Source: Eremomyces bilateralis CBS 781.70 (Eukaryota). From it: DNA of 42,633 bases. The translations under genes were made by a program, and so were the position numbers. Positions 1 to 13,325 of this stretch are shown here, one piece after another. Positions within the stretch are counted from its first letter, which is position 1. Every line of letters begins with the position of its first letter. The notes below the pieces were generated by a model, which did no database searches, was not told the origin of the DNA, and saw nothing but the letters and a program-made list of their open reading frames with translations. The stretch lies in NCBI GenBank assembly GCA_010015585.1, contig ML975149.1; one strand, given 5' to 3'.

Positions 1-213
1 GTCACCAAACGCATTGCCCGCGCCGTCGGCGCCGAGAACTTCAACGTGCTGCAGAACAACGGCCGGATCGCGCATCAGATGGTCGATCATGTGCATTTCC
101 ACATGATCCCGAAGCCGAACGAGGAGGAGGGGTTGGGAATCGGGTGGCCAATGCAGGAGCCGGGGACGGAAAAGCTGAAGGCATTGGGGGAGGAGATTAA
201 GGCGAAGATGTGA
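1..213 (+). CDS. HNT1: HIT-family nucleotide hydrolase (Hnt1/HINT-like), 3' end only
   Basis: Frame 1 reads VTKRIARAVGAENFNVLQNNGRIAHQMVDHVHFHMIPKPNEEEGLGIGWP...KAKM*, with the histidine triad HVHFH; TGA at 211-213; 5' part lies outside the window. Confidence 0.9.
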   Translation, partial: VTKRIARAVGAENFNVLQNNGRIAHQMVDHVHFHMIPKPNEEEGLGIGWPMQEPGTEKLKALGEEIKAKM

Positions 214-299
214 GGAGCATGCGATAGGTGGGACATGGGGTGGTGGGACATTGCATGGCATGATGTATATGATGCTACGTTTGATATATAATAACAGAG

Positions 300-1384
300 C
301 TATCTCCAGCTCCATAAAGATGCCTTAGACTCAGAATTCGCGTAGCAGCGGAACTCATTGCCTAGTTCCTTCGCGTGCTTCGGCTCAAACGACGTGGTTC
401 GGACGCCGGATGCGCTGTAGAGCTTGAGGATGAGTTGCTCCATCCGTTCCCCCGTACAGATGATCAACTCCGGTTTCCACGCCTCACTGGCCGGTAGACC
501 TCTTCCAGGCTCCGGCGAAGTGCTTGAGAGCCACCGAGCGGTAATGGCAGCTGGATGACCGTGTCAGCGTCGCCTTTTAGTCGTAAGTAAAAACGTACTC
601 CGTGTTTGACAATCATCGCTGAGGAAGGGGGGATCGCATATAATGCGGTGGTATTTCCCTTTCATCTCCGCTGCATTGAATTAGATTGAGGGATCATGAA
701 TGGGATCTCTAGGATCCGCGAACCTGGTAACACGAAAGGATACTTGAAGTCGTATTGAACGAACTCCTTGAACACAGCAAATCTGTCGTCATACTCGAGG
801 AGGGAGATTGTCGGATGGGTGTTGGCATATTCCGTAGCCTTAAAACCCACATTAGATAGTCCAACAAGAAATATTCATGATTCGCCAAATTTGAAGGCTG
901 TTTATGACCCCTAGATTCGTTTCAATCAGTATGGAGAGAACTACGTTACCTGCAGATTCTTGAGCTGGATAAACACACTTGGCGCAGATACGACCGCAAT
1001 GCAAGTCTCATCTGTCGCATCCTCCAGGAGTTCCCTCGCTAAGGCTGTAGCGGTAGGATCATCGTACTACAGTAAGTCGTAAGTTGCTGGACTTCAACCA
1101 AAGACAGTCGATTCAGTCGCCACCGTACCCAGAATTGACTGGCATTCCAATCTTCCGTAAAGAGTTCCATTGACAAAGGGTTATCCTTGTCAAATTTCAA
1201 CTCCGATTTGGTTTTTAGGTCTTCGAATCGAGCTTCTTGGGCTTCGCGATCGTCGTAGAACTGTTCCAGAAGCGCGAGCGTGGCGGCAGGGAGCCGTCTA
1301 TGCTTGGTTAGAACGGGAAATCTGACGATAGTACTGAACATAAACGTACAGGACATCTTCTTCATCCTCGCCATGTGAGGCCAT
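300..1384 (-). CDS. EFM5: Protein-lysine N-methyltransferase Efm5/N6AMT2-like, multi-exon
   Basis: Exon pieces: LPAATLALLEQFY...ELFTEDWNASQFW, IAVVSAPSVFIQL, LLEYDDRFAVFKEFVQYDF, RIICDPPFLSDDCQT (DPPF motif), LIICTGERME, FEPKHAKELGNEFRCYAN. GT-AG introns; boundaries inferred. Confidence 0.85.
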
Positions 1385-1709
1385 GAAGGTCTCGGATCTC
1401 GAATAGTAAGATCTTTGAACTTTTCAAGTCATATAAAGATGGTAGGGCTGAGTCCTTTTTTTGTCAGCCAAGTGAGCCACCAACGAAATCTCCAATTCTC
1501 CATATCGGACCCACTAGACCCGATTCGGACGTGGGGTAGATCTCGGCATCCCCCACTTGACCCTTCGCCCAACCGCAACGTTCCCGTTACCAACCCCGGT
1601 CCTCTATTCCGTACCTCGGATATAAATTATGAAGGCGTGCTATAATGTTTCCATGGCTCAAAGGTCTTGCACTTATCATGACGTGAATTGAAGGATACAT
1701 CGCTTAAAC

Positions 1710-2674
1710 ATGAATGCAGCTTGGCCACATATTCCGGAGGTCGAAAGACTGAGCGCGAGAGTCATCCGCATACTGGGAGGTAACCCGGGCAAGGTGAGCA
1801 CGCAATCTAGATGAATCACTAGATATGGACTGACTGTGATAGTTCACGCTACAAGGTAATTGCTCCTGTGAATAGCCGGCGAGACTCGAAACTCAGACAA
1901 CCAGGCACGAACACATACCTCATCGGTCAAGGACCTCGCCGTATCCTCATCGACTCCGCCCAGGGCATCCCCTCCTGGATCCACGCGTTGAAGAATGTCC
2001 TCGCCAGCGAGAATGCCACCATTGAGCGCGCCATCATCACCCACTGGCACCCCGACCACGTAGGCGGCATCCCCGACCTCCTCGCCCTCTCCCCGACCAC
2101 CCTGATCCACAAGTACGACCCGAACGAAGGCCAAGAAGACATCCGCGATGGCCAGAAGTTCTCCGTGCAGGGCGCCACTCTCCGCGCGTTCCACTGCCCG
2201 GGCCACACCACCGACCACATGGCGCTGGTCCTTGAGGAGGAGGACGCCATGTTCACCGGCGACAACGTCCTGGGCAACGGCACCTCGGTATTCGAGGACC
2301 TCGCGGTCTACATGGGCTCGCTCGACCGGATGGCGACCCAGTTCAAGGGCCGAGGATACCCCGCCCACGGCACGCTGATCGACAACGGGCCGCAGCGGAT
2401 CGCCGAGTACATCGCGCATCGCCAGGAGCGGGAGAACCAGATCTTGGGGCTACTCGCGAGCGACAAGACGGCGGTGGGGATGGAGCCGGGGCATGGCTGG
2501 ACGAGCAAAGAGTTGGTGCAGGTGATTTATAGAGATCTGGTAGAGCATATGCACCAGGCGGCGGAACGAGGCGTGCTGCAGGTGTTAGAGAAGCTGCAGT
2601 CTGAAGGCCGCGTGGCGCACGAGGAGAGTACGAACGAATACTCCTTGACTGGATATCCACGGTCAGCATTGTAG
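1710..2674 (+). CDS. Metallo-beta-lactamase fold protein, LACTB2-like
   Basis: RVIRILGGNPGK / FTLQ / GTNTYLIG across introns ~1794-1842 and ~1856-1903; metal-binding THWHPDHVGG, PGHTTDH, FTGDNVLG, YPAHG. Confidence 0.9.
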
Positions 2675-2908
2675 TTCTTATCCATCATCTAATAGACCAT
2701 ATTGCACTTCATCACTCTTGCACTGTATCCTGCACAGATTGTGTGGAGACTGACCGATCACTAGGTGAACGTTATGACCAATCCGATTTCATAGTATGAT
2801 TTGTCACGGTAATTTAATGAGTGTGACTATTGCAGTCTCACATGCAGATACGATCCCTTTCTGCTTTTTTTTAATGCGCAATGAATGTAGTTACGAACCC
2901 AGACCAAT

Positions 2909-5485
2909 TCAAGCCTGCTTCTGAGTGCCCTTTGTGTCGTCCAACGCGAAACATCTCTCCACCGAGTCCTTGTTATTCATGAACCAATTCGGCATGGCAA
3001 TCTTCTTCCCAGCACTGAAGAACAGGAAGAGTAGAAGTTGGTTGATACTGAAGCCCGCATCGAACGCCGCGGCAACAAGGTTGTTGTAACGTTCCCACTT
3101 GACGGGGCAACGTCGCTTCGTCCAGAACATCGAGTAGAATCCAACCGCCAGGCGTGATAAGTATCCGGTCGATACGTTCCCGCAAAACCAGCCCATAGAA
3201 GAGAGTAGGATCGTGGTGTTAAACAACTCGAACCGAGCCTTTTTGAACGTTTTGTGAAGAAGAAAAACGGCAATTGGAAGTATCGCACCAAGCAGGAACC
3301 CATATGGAAGATATTTGTAGATCTTCTCTTCGAACATGCGCCGAGGCCCAATGAGCACGTACTGGACCGCCAGGCTATTGTAAGAGTTGATCTTTTGTGC
3401 ACTCCACTGCCGCAATGGGTCCACTTTGACGCCAGAAAGGTACTCTCCCTTGGTCCTGAGCATCCAAAGGATGACTGCGTAGTTGATCGGGATCCCGAGC
3501 AACTCCCCGAAGATCTGGCTGAAGAAGGTTGCACGAGGTGGAATGTGCATGAAATGGCCAATCTTCAGGTCCTGCAGCATGAATTGAGCGCGATACCACG
3601 AGGTTCCGGCAAGTGCTCCATAAACAGACGCCCCCACAGGATGTCGATGCTTTTGTGCGTGGTTTCCGTCCCCATGATTGATCAGGCAGCCATAGACGAG
3701 CTCGTTGAACGTTCCGGTACTGATTTGGTACGAGGTGAGGGCATACAGCCATGAGAACGGAACTATCACGACGACCGCCGAGAACAGAGCCACTAAAAAT
3801 GCCCACCAGGGGGCGAAGAACTGGTCGCTCCCTAGGATACTGAGAATGGTGGAAACGGAACCGAGGAAAAGGAGAATATACCACCACCAGGGGACTTCTT
3901 TGTAGGACCGCATCAGGAGATTCAGTCTGTCGGTGTATGGCTGATGAAATGAAATGAAACTCCGCCTGATGTCCTTGAAGCCGAAGAATACCATCCAGAC
4001 AATGCCAGAGACATAGGCGGCATAATCGAAGAATATGGTGGAGACAAAATGAGCTCCCATATACACCGGGCCGTATTCTTTATAGGCAGTTGAATTGAAA
4101 GTGCCATTCGATCCGATGAGTTCCTTCGCTGGGTATCGAGTCCCGTTGGCAAGGAAAACTCCATTCGACATCAAAGGGGCGTTCCCATTCCCAATAGCTC
4201 CTCCTCGCATCAAGGGTAGAAATACCCAACATTGAAGGGCATAGCCGGCCACAATGAGCATAGTTGTGGTAAATGGTACAATCATTGGATTGCACCAGTG
4301 GCTCGCGACGTTGGCCCAATTCAAAGAGATGTTTCCATAGCCTGCACCACCCAATCCTGAAGCCATGAATTGCACATCGGGTTGGCGAGGGAAAACCCAA
4401 CAGAAGAATGCCAACGAGCTGAGCATCGGGGCCGCATACTCAGGGAAGACCTGCCACGACAGCATTCCAGCGAGGCAAATAAAAAACACTCGTCTCTTTT
4501 TGCTGCTGAGTTGCTTGTCCTCGGTGTCGTGACGGAAGGCTTCAAATAGCTGTACCTGCATCCTTGCGCTCTGCCAGGGATATTTCGGATCGTAGAGCAC
4601 AAAGTTCCGCGCCAGGGCAGCCAGTGAGTAGCCAAGGAAGACGTTCGCGAACATGAACGCAATTGCTATGGCCGGATGAATCGTCTCGCCATAGAGTAAG
4701 CTTGCGAGGGCGATTGGAATGCCCATCATGCTGCTGGTGGCCCCTGAAGCAGCCGTAACGGTAACCAACACATGCTCTTTGATGCTCCAAGGTCCCGGGT
4801 TCAGGCTAAAGCCATATTTCGTGAATGGAATCCTGACTCTCCAGGCAGGAAGTACGTTAGCCAGCCACGTTCCCGCATAGTGGCAAGCGATCTGGACGAA
4901 AAGTGTTGAGTACGGCGCCGAAGTCGTCCGAAACATTGACATCTGCGATATGATGGCTCCAGGGATGACGAAAAGTATAGAGAGTACGAAGTAGCGGAAG
5001 GTAATGGTGGACAGGCTCGGATCGTCCTCCAGGCTGACCGTCTCCCGGATTTCCTTTGGAATTGTTATTAAATCCAGGGGAAGCTGCCCTCGTTCCAATG
5101 CCGGTTCTCCTTCATCCACTGCTGTTACAAATGGAATATTCCCAGCTGTTCCACGGTGCACAGGATGAGAGCTATCCCCGCTATCGTATGATGAAAGTGA
5201 CGGTGGGCGTTCTTCTTCATCTACAGCTGTTAGGGACGAATCGCTCCACGCAGTGCGGCGACGCCTTTGCCGGAGACGATGCACCTCGTCCGGAGGGTCA
5301 ATTGGGAGAGTTAATTCGGTTTGCTCATCGACTGCCGGTGAGGAGGACGCTTCCGCTGACGGGCTCGGTGTATCGCGGCCGTTCGTCAAACGAGGACGCC
5401 ATGTTAAGAATTGACGCAAATTATATCGCCTTGTGTCCCCCGTGTCCCTTACTTCGGGAAACTCAAGATGGTGAGATTCGCGCAT
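2909..5485 (-). CDS. OPT-family oligopeptide transporter
   Basis: 858 aa ORF with many hydrophobic segments and OPT motifs (DDPSLSTITFR, FSLNPGPWSIKEHVLVT, YKEVPWWWY, QDLKIGHFMHIPPRATF). Confidence 0.92.
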   Translation of the reverse strand: MRESHHLEFPEVRDTGDTRRYNLRQFLTWRPRLTNGRDTPSPSAEASSSPAVDEQTELTLPIDPPDEVHRLRQRRRRTAWSDSSLTAVDEEERPPSLSSYDSGDSSHPVHRGTAGNIPFVTAVDEGEPALERGQLPLDLITIPKEIRETVSLEDDPSLSTITFRYFVLSILFVIPGAIISQMSMFRTTSAPYSTLFVQIACHYAGTWLANVLPAWRVRIPFTKYGFSLNPGPWSIKEHVLVTVTAASGATSSMMGIPIALASLLYGETIHPAIAIAFMFANVFLGYSLAALARNFVLYDPKYPWQSARMQVQLFEAFRHDTEDKQLSSKKRRVFFICLAGMLSWQVFPEYAAPMLSSLAFFCWVFPRQPDVQFMASGLGGAGYGNISLNWANVASHWCNPMIVPFTTTMLIVAGYALQCWVFLPLMRGGAIGNGNAPLMSNGVFLANGTRYPAKELIGSNGTFNSTAYKEYGPVYMGAHFVSTIFFDYAAYVSGIVWMVFFGFKDIRRSFISFHQPYTDRLNLLMRSYKEVPWWWYILLFLGSVSTILSILGSDQFFAPWWAFLVALFSAVVVIVPFSWLYALTSYQISTGTFNELVYGCLINHGDGNHAQKHRHPVGASVYGALAGTSWYRAQFMLQDLKIGHFMHIPPRATFFSQIFGELLGIPINYAVILWMLRTKGEYLSGVKVDPLRQWSAQKINSYNSLAVQYVLIGPRRMFEEKIYKYLPYGFLLGAILPIAVFLLHKTFKKARFELFNTTILLSSMGWFCGNVSTGYLSRLAVGFYSMFWTKRRCPVKWERYNNLVAAAFDAGFSINQLLLFLFFSAGKKIAMPNWFMNNKDSVERCFALDDTKGTQKQA

Positions 5486-6980
5486 AGTGAAGTTTTCGAT
5501 AACGAACGAATAATATGCGACGAGGAAGAATATATGCTCTCAGTCAACGACAGACATAGCCGCTTTTCGGAGAGAAGAAAAGGGATCCGATAAGAAAAGA
5601 GCAATAAGACATTCCTCTTGGTGCGAATGCTAGCAAGTACGTCCGAGATGAAGTAATTGCCGTCCAGGTGTTTTCTAATCCGTGAAGCGCTACTAAGTTC
5701 GACCGCAACCGAGATCTACTTAGAAGGGTGTTTCTCATTGCGACTTCCATATTCGCCTTGACTTCGCTAACAGGAACAATTATAGCAGGACAGCCGTATC
5801 AAATCTTTCAACCCTTCCACAACAGCTGCTATATGGCGTGGAAGATCTGCATATTGGTCTCGCTTCGATGTCTCTGAGAGACCAGATGATCAAATAGGAA
5901 TGACTATGCCTAGGCCAATACTGGTTGACTGACCTGAATCTGAGTAGAAACGAACTTTAACTTGTTGCATCATCGATCGAGCGGTTAACCAAAAGCAGTG
6001 ACGAAGAAATAATGGCAAATGGGCTGGATGGATTCACTTGATTTTCCTACGGAAAGGGCAAGTGAAGCGGGTGCCTCGTACATATGAGGCGCCACATCGT
6101 AGTCGTAATGGTCCATACCAGTAGACAGGCCTTCTGTATAAGTGACTGTATGGATTGGGACGTTTGAAGCGATATCAGGAGGAATACAGCTGCGTATGAA
6201 GACCTGCCTTTCAAGGCGCGTTTCACAACATTAATCGTCTATGGCAGCCATTTCCGACGATGCGAGCAGATACAGCTGGTCATTGTCGGCGGATACCTCA
6301 CTACTACCGTTGGCCCTTTCTCAATCTGACCACATGAGACATATGCCGAGGTTACTTCATCCTTCAAAGGTGATGCAGTAGATAGATGACTGATGTTGTC
6401 AGTCATGATTCTCGGATTCAACATCAAGTTTGAGATGCGTCGTCTATGGTCCCTACAGTTGACTAGAAATTTTCAACGTCTATCAAAATTCAAAAACATG
6501 CCAGTCTCATTAAGCGCCAGCTTTCTCCTCTTTATTGGCGGGGCTTCGATACTACTATTTTTACACTTAAGTCCTGCAGTTAGGATTTCATGCATCTATT
6601 CCCGTTTGACTCTGAAACAAGAGCCTACAAAAGCCCTGCGGCTACGCAATGCCCCCAATTCGCCCTCCATCCATGTTGCAGACCCAATGCTGAGCCGCAA
6701 TATTATCGGTTCTGGAGAGTGGGGATAGTATTGAATTCGAGATTCTGTTGAACTTCTCTAGCCAATAATTTGGCGCCATTCCAACTTATCGTAGAGTAAC
6801 AGGATTGATATGGGATTTGATAACAAGTGGAGTTTGCCAAGTCGATTACTGTTGTGCTCTAGGTCAATGTCTTGAAGAATTTCAGATTCTCTCCTTTGCA
6901 GATGTTCCTTTTCTGCTGTTCATCGTCCTGTCATTGTACAAGTCCATCCTTTACATTGTTTTCTGTGATTACCGACTCCC

Positions 6981-9119
6981 ATGGTACCCAATTCAGCAGC
7001 ACCAGTCGCCAGGAGCGAATCACCTCCAAGTCATGAGAAATACACATACGACGAGAAACCATTGCCCCGGATACCGATACGAAGATTTTCCACAGAGGAT
7101 ACACTATGTCCAGAATCGCCAGGGGCACCGGAGATCCAAGGGGCTGTCCGGCCGCAAACGGTCACGCAGATAATAGGAGGAAGAGCTATCAATTTTGTCA
7201 CAATCACCCAGTTTTTTACGGAATGGTGGGCGTGGGAACTGGTAAGCTTGGCAATGTCAGCGTTCTGCATGGGCGCGATAGTGGTCCTGCTCGTCGTGCA
7301 CAATGGCCAGTCCATCCCAACGCTTCCATTCGGCATTACTCTCAATGCGGCCGTTTCAATCCTTGCGAGAGTGGGTGGAGCAGCAATGCTGCTTGCTACT
7401 GCGGAAGCCATGGGACAGCTGAAATGGAACTGGTATAAAAAAAACTCCAAGAAATTGGTCGACTTTGAGATGTTCGACTCTGCTAGTCGCGGCTTATGGG
7501 GTTCATCTTGGCTCCTCTTTAAAATGAAGGGGAAGTGAGTAAATCTTCCAAATACATTTGTCTCCAATTGCTCACAGATATGAAGGATATTGCCGACACT
7601 TGGTGCAATCATTACACTTCTTTCGATCGCGATTGAGCCGGCTTTTCAATATATCTTGACCTCTCATGAAATACCAGTCTTTCAAGGGAATGGCACTGTG
7701 GCTCGAGCGTTCCGATACCAACCTATAGATTCGACAGTATCTCTAGTCGATGGTGTGATGCAAGCTGCCGTCTCACCTTTGTGGTCTAGGGACCAGATAA
7801 CTACTAGAGAGCGTGTCTCTTGCCCGACAGGTAACTGTCGGTACGAATTCGATTCATTGGCGGTTTGTAGTGCCTGTGAGGACATTTTCGCGGAGCTTTC
7901 CTTCGGATGCTTCGATACTGGCCTCGAATGGTATCGAAAAGGCCCTCTGGAAGACTCGTCTACGGCTCCCTCTCGGACCGCTTGTGGCTATTGGCTAAAC
8001 GCTACATCCGCTGAGCCATCTCTGGTTTCCGGCTATGTAGTGCAGCCGAATACAACAACACCCGGCGAAGCATTGCAGGGCCGGATTTTTTCGATGTACA
8101 ATTATACCCATGAGTCCTATTTCTATTACAATGGATCTCTAAGGTTTAAAGACGCTCCGGATCCTCTTATCGACTTTATGGTCTTCTCGTTGCCTGACAG
8201 TGCCTCAGTCTATGCCAACAAGACTCCAGCAGCCCACGAGTGCATGCTTCGCTTCTGTGGCCGGTCATATACTTCTTCGATGATAGACGGTATATACGAG
8301 GAAACTGTCACCGAGACATACTTTGATAACCGCACCAACGCTGGTGGTTGGCTTCCTAGAGCTGAGTTGGAGGAAGACGTTCAGGTTTTAACCCGATATT
8401 ATGATCGTCTCCTAAGCATCGACAACCCAGCAAGGAACACTAGCTTTGAGGTCGGAAACATCAGCTTCATCATCGCAACGACCCCATTTGATGAGTTTAT
8501 GCCCGGTTGGGTTACTGTTGAAAATTCATCTTCGCGCCCGCAACTAATTCACCAATGGTGGCAAGGTATCTCAAAAGAAGAGGATCTGAAGAACAGTCCA
8601 TGGATGCTTCCAAACAACGTCACGAAATTCGTTGAGAAGATTGAAAAGGCTATGACAAATGTCATACGATCAGATCCAGTTAATATGAAGCTGGTGCAAG
8701 GCCCTGCGTGGGCCTTTCAGACCGTCGTCTTTATCCGCTGGCAATGGATCACACTCCCAGCCACACTTTTACTAGCTAGTTTCGCCTTCCTCGTTGCGGT
8801 TATTCTCCAAACAGACAAACAGAAGGACCATGTGGGCATCTGGAAGAACGCGGCACTCGCTACCCTGCTTCACTGCTTTCAGGGTGATGTTCGAAAAGCC
8901 ATGGGCGAAGGATGGAGGATGGGAGACGCCACTGCTCGAGCTAGCCGATTAGATGTCAAGTTCTCCCCAGACCATGGTTGGCTAATCTCACATGAAAGCA
9001 GTCCAGAGACACTACCAAATACATCACGCAGACTTTCTCAAATATTCAAAGAACCTGCATCAATGACCTCATCAGCGATGGAGGTTTCTGACCGTAAGAG
9101 AATGCCGGACTGGATCTGA
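6981..9119 (+). CDS. DUF3176-type fungal membrane glycoprotein (copy A)
   Basis: WWAWEL...GITLNAAVSIL...EAMGQLKWNW...DFEMFDSASRGLWGS; intron ~7535-7585 (gtgagt...ctcac...ag) joins the 509 aa ORF with CPTGNC, SLAVCSAC, C-terminal TM and IWKNAALATL. Confidence 0.8.
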
Positions 9120-9681
9120 ACCCTCTAAATACCTGTAACTAAGTTATATGGCTCCCGATGTTCCTTGCGCCATCTTTCATTCTCGTTCCTTCAAATTCTT
9201 GAATGTCTCTTTCTTAAAGTGATGAAATACAGATAGCCTAACGCATTCCGTCACCAACGGTGCTTCAATTGTAACATCGATATTGAATTTTATGGTACGT
9301 TCAAAACTGTGAAAATCCCGGAAAGTACAGCTTCGCGTTCTTTCTTTGGGCGGGCAGTTTCGTCATTTGAAAGTATTGAATTCATCACATGTGTATAGTC
9401 AGGTCAAGGAAATATATGCTCTCAAGTTTGCTAGGTCTGGTTGCTCTCAGCTTAGTCTTCAGTGTTCGGAAAATTGCTTAACAAATTCCAGAAGATATTA
9501 TTTAAATACAACCAATCAAGACAAGGATACAGAGGCAGAGGAAATTGGTTCACAGGTCTTAAATGACGGGTTCTGAGACTTGGTCGCTTTCAGGGACGGA
9601 TCTTGGCTTAGCCAATCAATCGTCACCTCCTTTGTCGTAACATCCCTTCAACATTTGGAAAAGAAAGTGGGTAGCGACTTT

Positions 9682-12337
9682 CTACCTCTCCTCAGTAACC
9701 TTTATTCCGAAATTTGGATGAATCTCAGGACGAGAGGATGAGAACCCTGGATTCGGGGATCTGAGCAGCATCGTTGTGTTGCTGTCAAGTTCCTTCCCTG
9801 ACAGTCTCCAGTCCTCCTTATTCGGTCGCAGCTTTACATTTGTCTTAGCAGCTTTCGCAAATGCATCGCCCATTTTCCAAGAAGAGCCCATTTTATTTCG
9901 AGCTTCTTCGTCAAGGCCATGAAGGAGAATCGCCAGTGCAGATGTTTTCCAAATACCAATTTCTGCCTCCTCTTTAGAACTCCGGATCACTGTTGCGATT
10001 AAGAAGAGGAGACCAGACATGAGCAACAGTGCAGGAGGCGTGACCCAAGCCCATCTGATTTCGACTATTGTCTCGTTTCCCCAAGATTCCCCAGCAATCG
10101 TTTCAGAACTGTCGGGATCCAATCGTACGACAGCCGTCATTGCCTGGGCAAGCTTATCCACATGATCGGAAACGTTGTAGGAGTGCCAAGGGTTAATTGG
10201 CATCGATCGATTGAACGGCATGGAACTAAAGAGGTTTCTAAGCCACCGATAATTTGAGGTGGAATTCCGAGCGACAATAATGCCAGGCAGATGCATCCAG
10301 AAAAGTTTGTTTGTGATGTAAGCTGTCTCGTTATTTAATGAAAACGTGATGTTTCGACCGGGCGGGCGAATGTCAATATCCTGGATATAATCCAACACAG
10401 TGTCGTTCTTGAATGGTTTGTACGGAAATTCGCGGGGTGTCGAATTGTAAAATATATCCACGACACGCTCTTCATAACGCCCATCAATGTAGGTCGATGA
10501 AAACGTCTTGACGCACCAACTGAGTATACACTCATTAGCCACTGGAGTGATGTTCGCATATACGTTAGCAGGATCGCCTGGTACATTGGTAATGAAGAAG
10601 TCGGCAATGGCGTTTTGGATCGTGGGAAACATGAGTGAGCCCCCGTATAAAGTATGCAGAGTAGTCATGTCCCATGTAGGCAGCATACGCATACCTAGGC
10701 TGAGCCCAGGAGAGCCGTCGGGATTTAGCATGTATCCGGACATCAGTATCGGATTTAGTGAGGTGGCATTCATGAAATATCCGCAAGCTGTGCCGTTCCG
10801 AACCGTCTCTGGGGACAATACCCCATGGATCGTGATCCAATCGAGCCGGGAAGGTAAGCATGAAAATGTCAGAAACTCCGACACTGGCTTACAGGAACCG
10901 CATACAGCGAGTGAATCGTAATTCGCCCAGGTGCAATTATTGGTGGGACAAGACGGGCGGATGTCCCCTGCGGTGCCATTTCCTTCCAGATAAGGCATGA
11001 CGACCGATTCCATTAGGACGTTGGAGCTGAGGCCATCGCCACCAGATCTGAAGGTGAGTCTGTCGGGTTTTGGAAGGTAGTTAACACTGCGAGGGAGAAG
11101 TCCTTGGCCTTTGCGGACAGGCACTTCCGGGTAAACAACGATTTGTTGAAATGAAGGCTCAATAGCGAGTGACAAAAGCATCAAGCCAGCACCTAATGAT
11201 GCTAATGATCTATTTTTGGAGTTAGCATGTCCTACCATAGTAGATATTACACGAGTATCATGCTGAGTATGGAACTGCCATGAATGGTGTTATCTCGTAC
11301 CTGAATCTGACTCGTATGAGAAGAGCCAAAGAGCCCAACATTCCTCTACTCGCCCAATCAAACATTTCGAAATCGATCATTCTTTTCAAATCACTCCGAA
11401 ACCAATTCCATTTCAACTGGCCGAGTGCTTCTGATGTTGGGAAAAGAAGAGAGGCGGAAGAAATCCTAGCAAGGACTGAAATAAAGGCGTTCAATGTGAT
11501 CCCAAATTTGAACTCAGGTATAGGTTCCCCGTCGTAGCACGCTAATGTGGTGATGATGGCTCCCATACAAAATGCACTGGCACACAAACATAGGATTTCC
11601 CAAAGCCACCACTCGGTCACCCACCGTGTGAAGATGAGGTTCCAACTCTTCTTGGGCTTCTCGGGCCGGTTTGTCGATGGAACCAACCTCCATGCTGCCT
11701 TTGTCTCGGTGGTTGGCTTGGATTCCGATAGTTGCACTAGCGTCGGTAGCTTCCTTCGCAGTTTAGGGTCCAAGGGAGCCAGTCGAGGTCCCAGATAGGG
11801 CTTTGATAGTTTATCTGTGGAACTCGGCGGAGAACCATAGCTCGGGGGGAATGGTTGCGACGTGCTTCCTCTTGTTTGTTCTTGAGATGGTGTTCCAGCT
11901 CTTTGCGTGCTGGTATCTATATGGGTGATAGCAAGCCCCAAGTGCTCGTTAGACTGCCGACGCGTAAATCTTGCATCAAAGCCATGATTTATAGGGTAGT
12001 CGAAAAGTAGGCTTCTTGGTTTTGCCACTCGCACACAAGTTGCAAATTTTGGTGGATTAGAAGCGGAAGGAAGAAATCGAACTTTCGAAGTCTCTGTGTA
12101 ATCGTTGGACTGCTGATGTTTTGTTCTCGGTGAAGATTTTCTCGTCCGCTCTATTCGTAATGGTATCGCAGCCTTAGGGGCAGCAGATTGTTTTTGGTTA
12201 TTCCAGTGCAATATGTTGGAGGGTCGTTGTACTTCGGTCCGTGATTGCAAGTGCGGTTTATAGTAAGCCGATATCGCGGCAAGATTCGTCTTCTCGTTGT
12301 CTTGGAATGGAACAGTTGGGAGAGGCTTTTGCGACAT
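9682..12337 (-). CDS. DUF3176-type fungal membrane glycoprotein (copy B)
   Basis: EWWLWEI...GITLNAFISVL...EALGQLKWNW...DFEMFDWASRG; intron ~11210-11300; second exon with CPTNNC, SLAVCGSC, IWKTSALAIL; long low-complexity N-terminus. Confidence 0.8.
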
Positions 12338-13285
12338 GACAACAGACCAGCTGTATTTATCTTTCTTTTACTCAAAAGACATGCAAATATCGGAAAGAAC
12401 GGACAGCGAAACTGAATATTAAGATGCGGACAGCAAAGAATATCAGAATTATGCGTACCTTCGACCAAGAGACCTGAACAATGTGACCAGGCTGCATCTA
12501 CGATTGCCTGATCTTGCGCATATATCCATCTTATCCGAAGATGTGAACGGTCGTCAGCCAGTGTCCTGTTCAACCCTGTTAGCGGTAAGCGCAGTAGCTC
12601 TAGAGGCTCAATCAATGGATCGCATGCGACAGTATCTCAACCAACAGTATCTCGCCCGGCGGCTTGGGTTCTAGCCTGTCGTCCACAAATGGATATGAAA
12701 CCAGGCACTTCGAACAGTGTATCGAATCATAGAAACCCTTACCGTAGAAGAATATACTGCCGGCAGGTTAGCCGGCGGTTACTCCGACTTACCTACTGCT
12801 GTGATTTCAGACCTGCATGCGGCGAAGTCTCTCTCCTTCTTGATGTATGGATATCCAACCTATGTTGGCCAGCACACGCCAACAGGAGGATGCGTTGGGG
12901 CGATGTTGAGCAGCCAGAGTGCCAGGTTACCGTAGTCAAATCTCGGCTCCAGTTTAAGCGCCATCTGGAACACGAATAGCCATAAGCGCCCAAGGAACGG
13001 CTCGCGCAATAACACCGAATCGCTTTGAAATGCAATATGCAAGCCACGACTGTGCCTCATTAAGACCATGCCATGTCTTGGGTTCTATTCAAGTTAAGCG
13101 CCCAGATCCTGCAGCTCAGATGTACGACTGAGGCGCAGATCGTATTTCAATCAGCAAAGCTACGGGAGAATGAAACTGTTGTCAGTGCGACGTATAGAAA
13201 TGTGGAAATTATTGAGTCGTATCAAGAACGATGCCTGGGCTCCGTAATGGTGGTGATAACCGGAAGGCGGAAGTTGAAGTGAAGA

Positions 13286-13325
13286 TGTCGTTAAATTTAG
13301 ATGTTTCGTCGCCTCTGATGATTGG
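13286..13325 (+). repeat. Direct repeat, copy 1 (other copy 15588-15627)
   Basis: tgtcgttaaatttagatgtttcgtcgcctctgatgattgg versus tgtcgttaaatttagatgcttcgacgcctcggataattgg: 36/40 identical. Confidence 0.85.

Noticed and set aside
1844..2669. Several long overlapping minus-strand ORFs
   Set aside because: Shadows of the GC-rich LACTB2-like gene; the same applies to antisense ORFs over OPT, NOP56, the ankyrin array and the ferric reductase.
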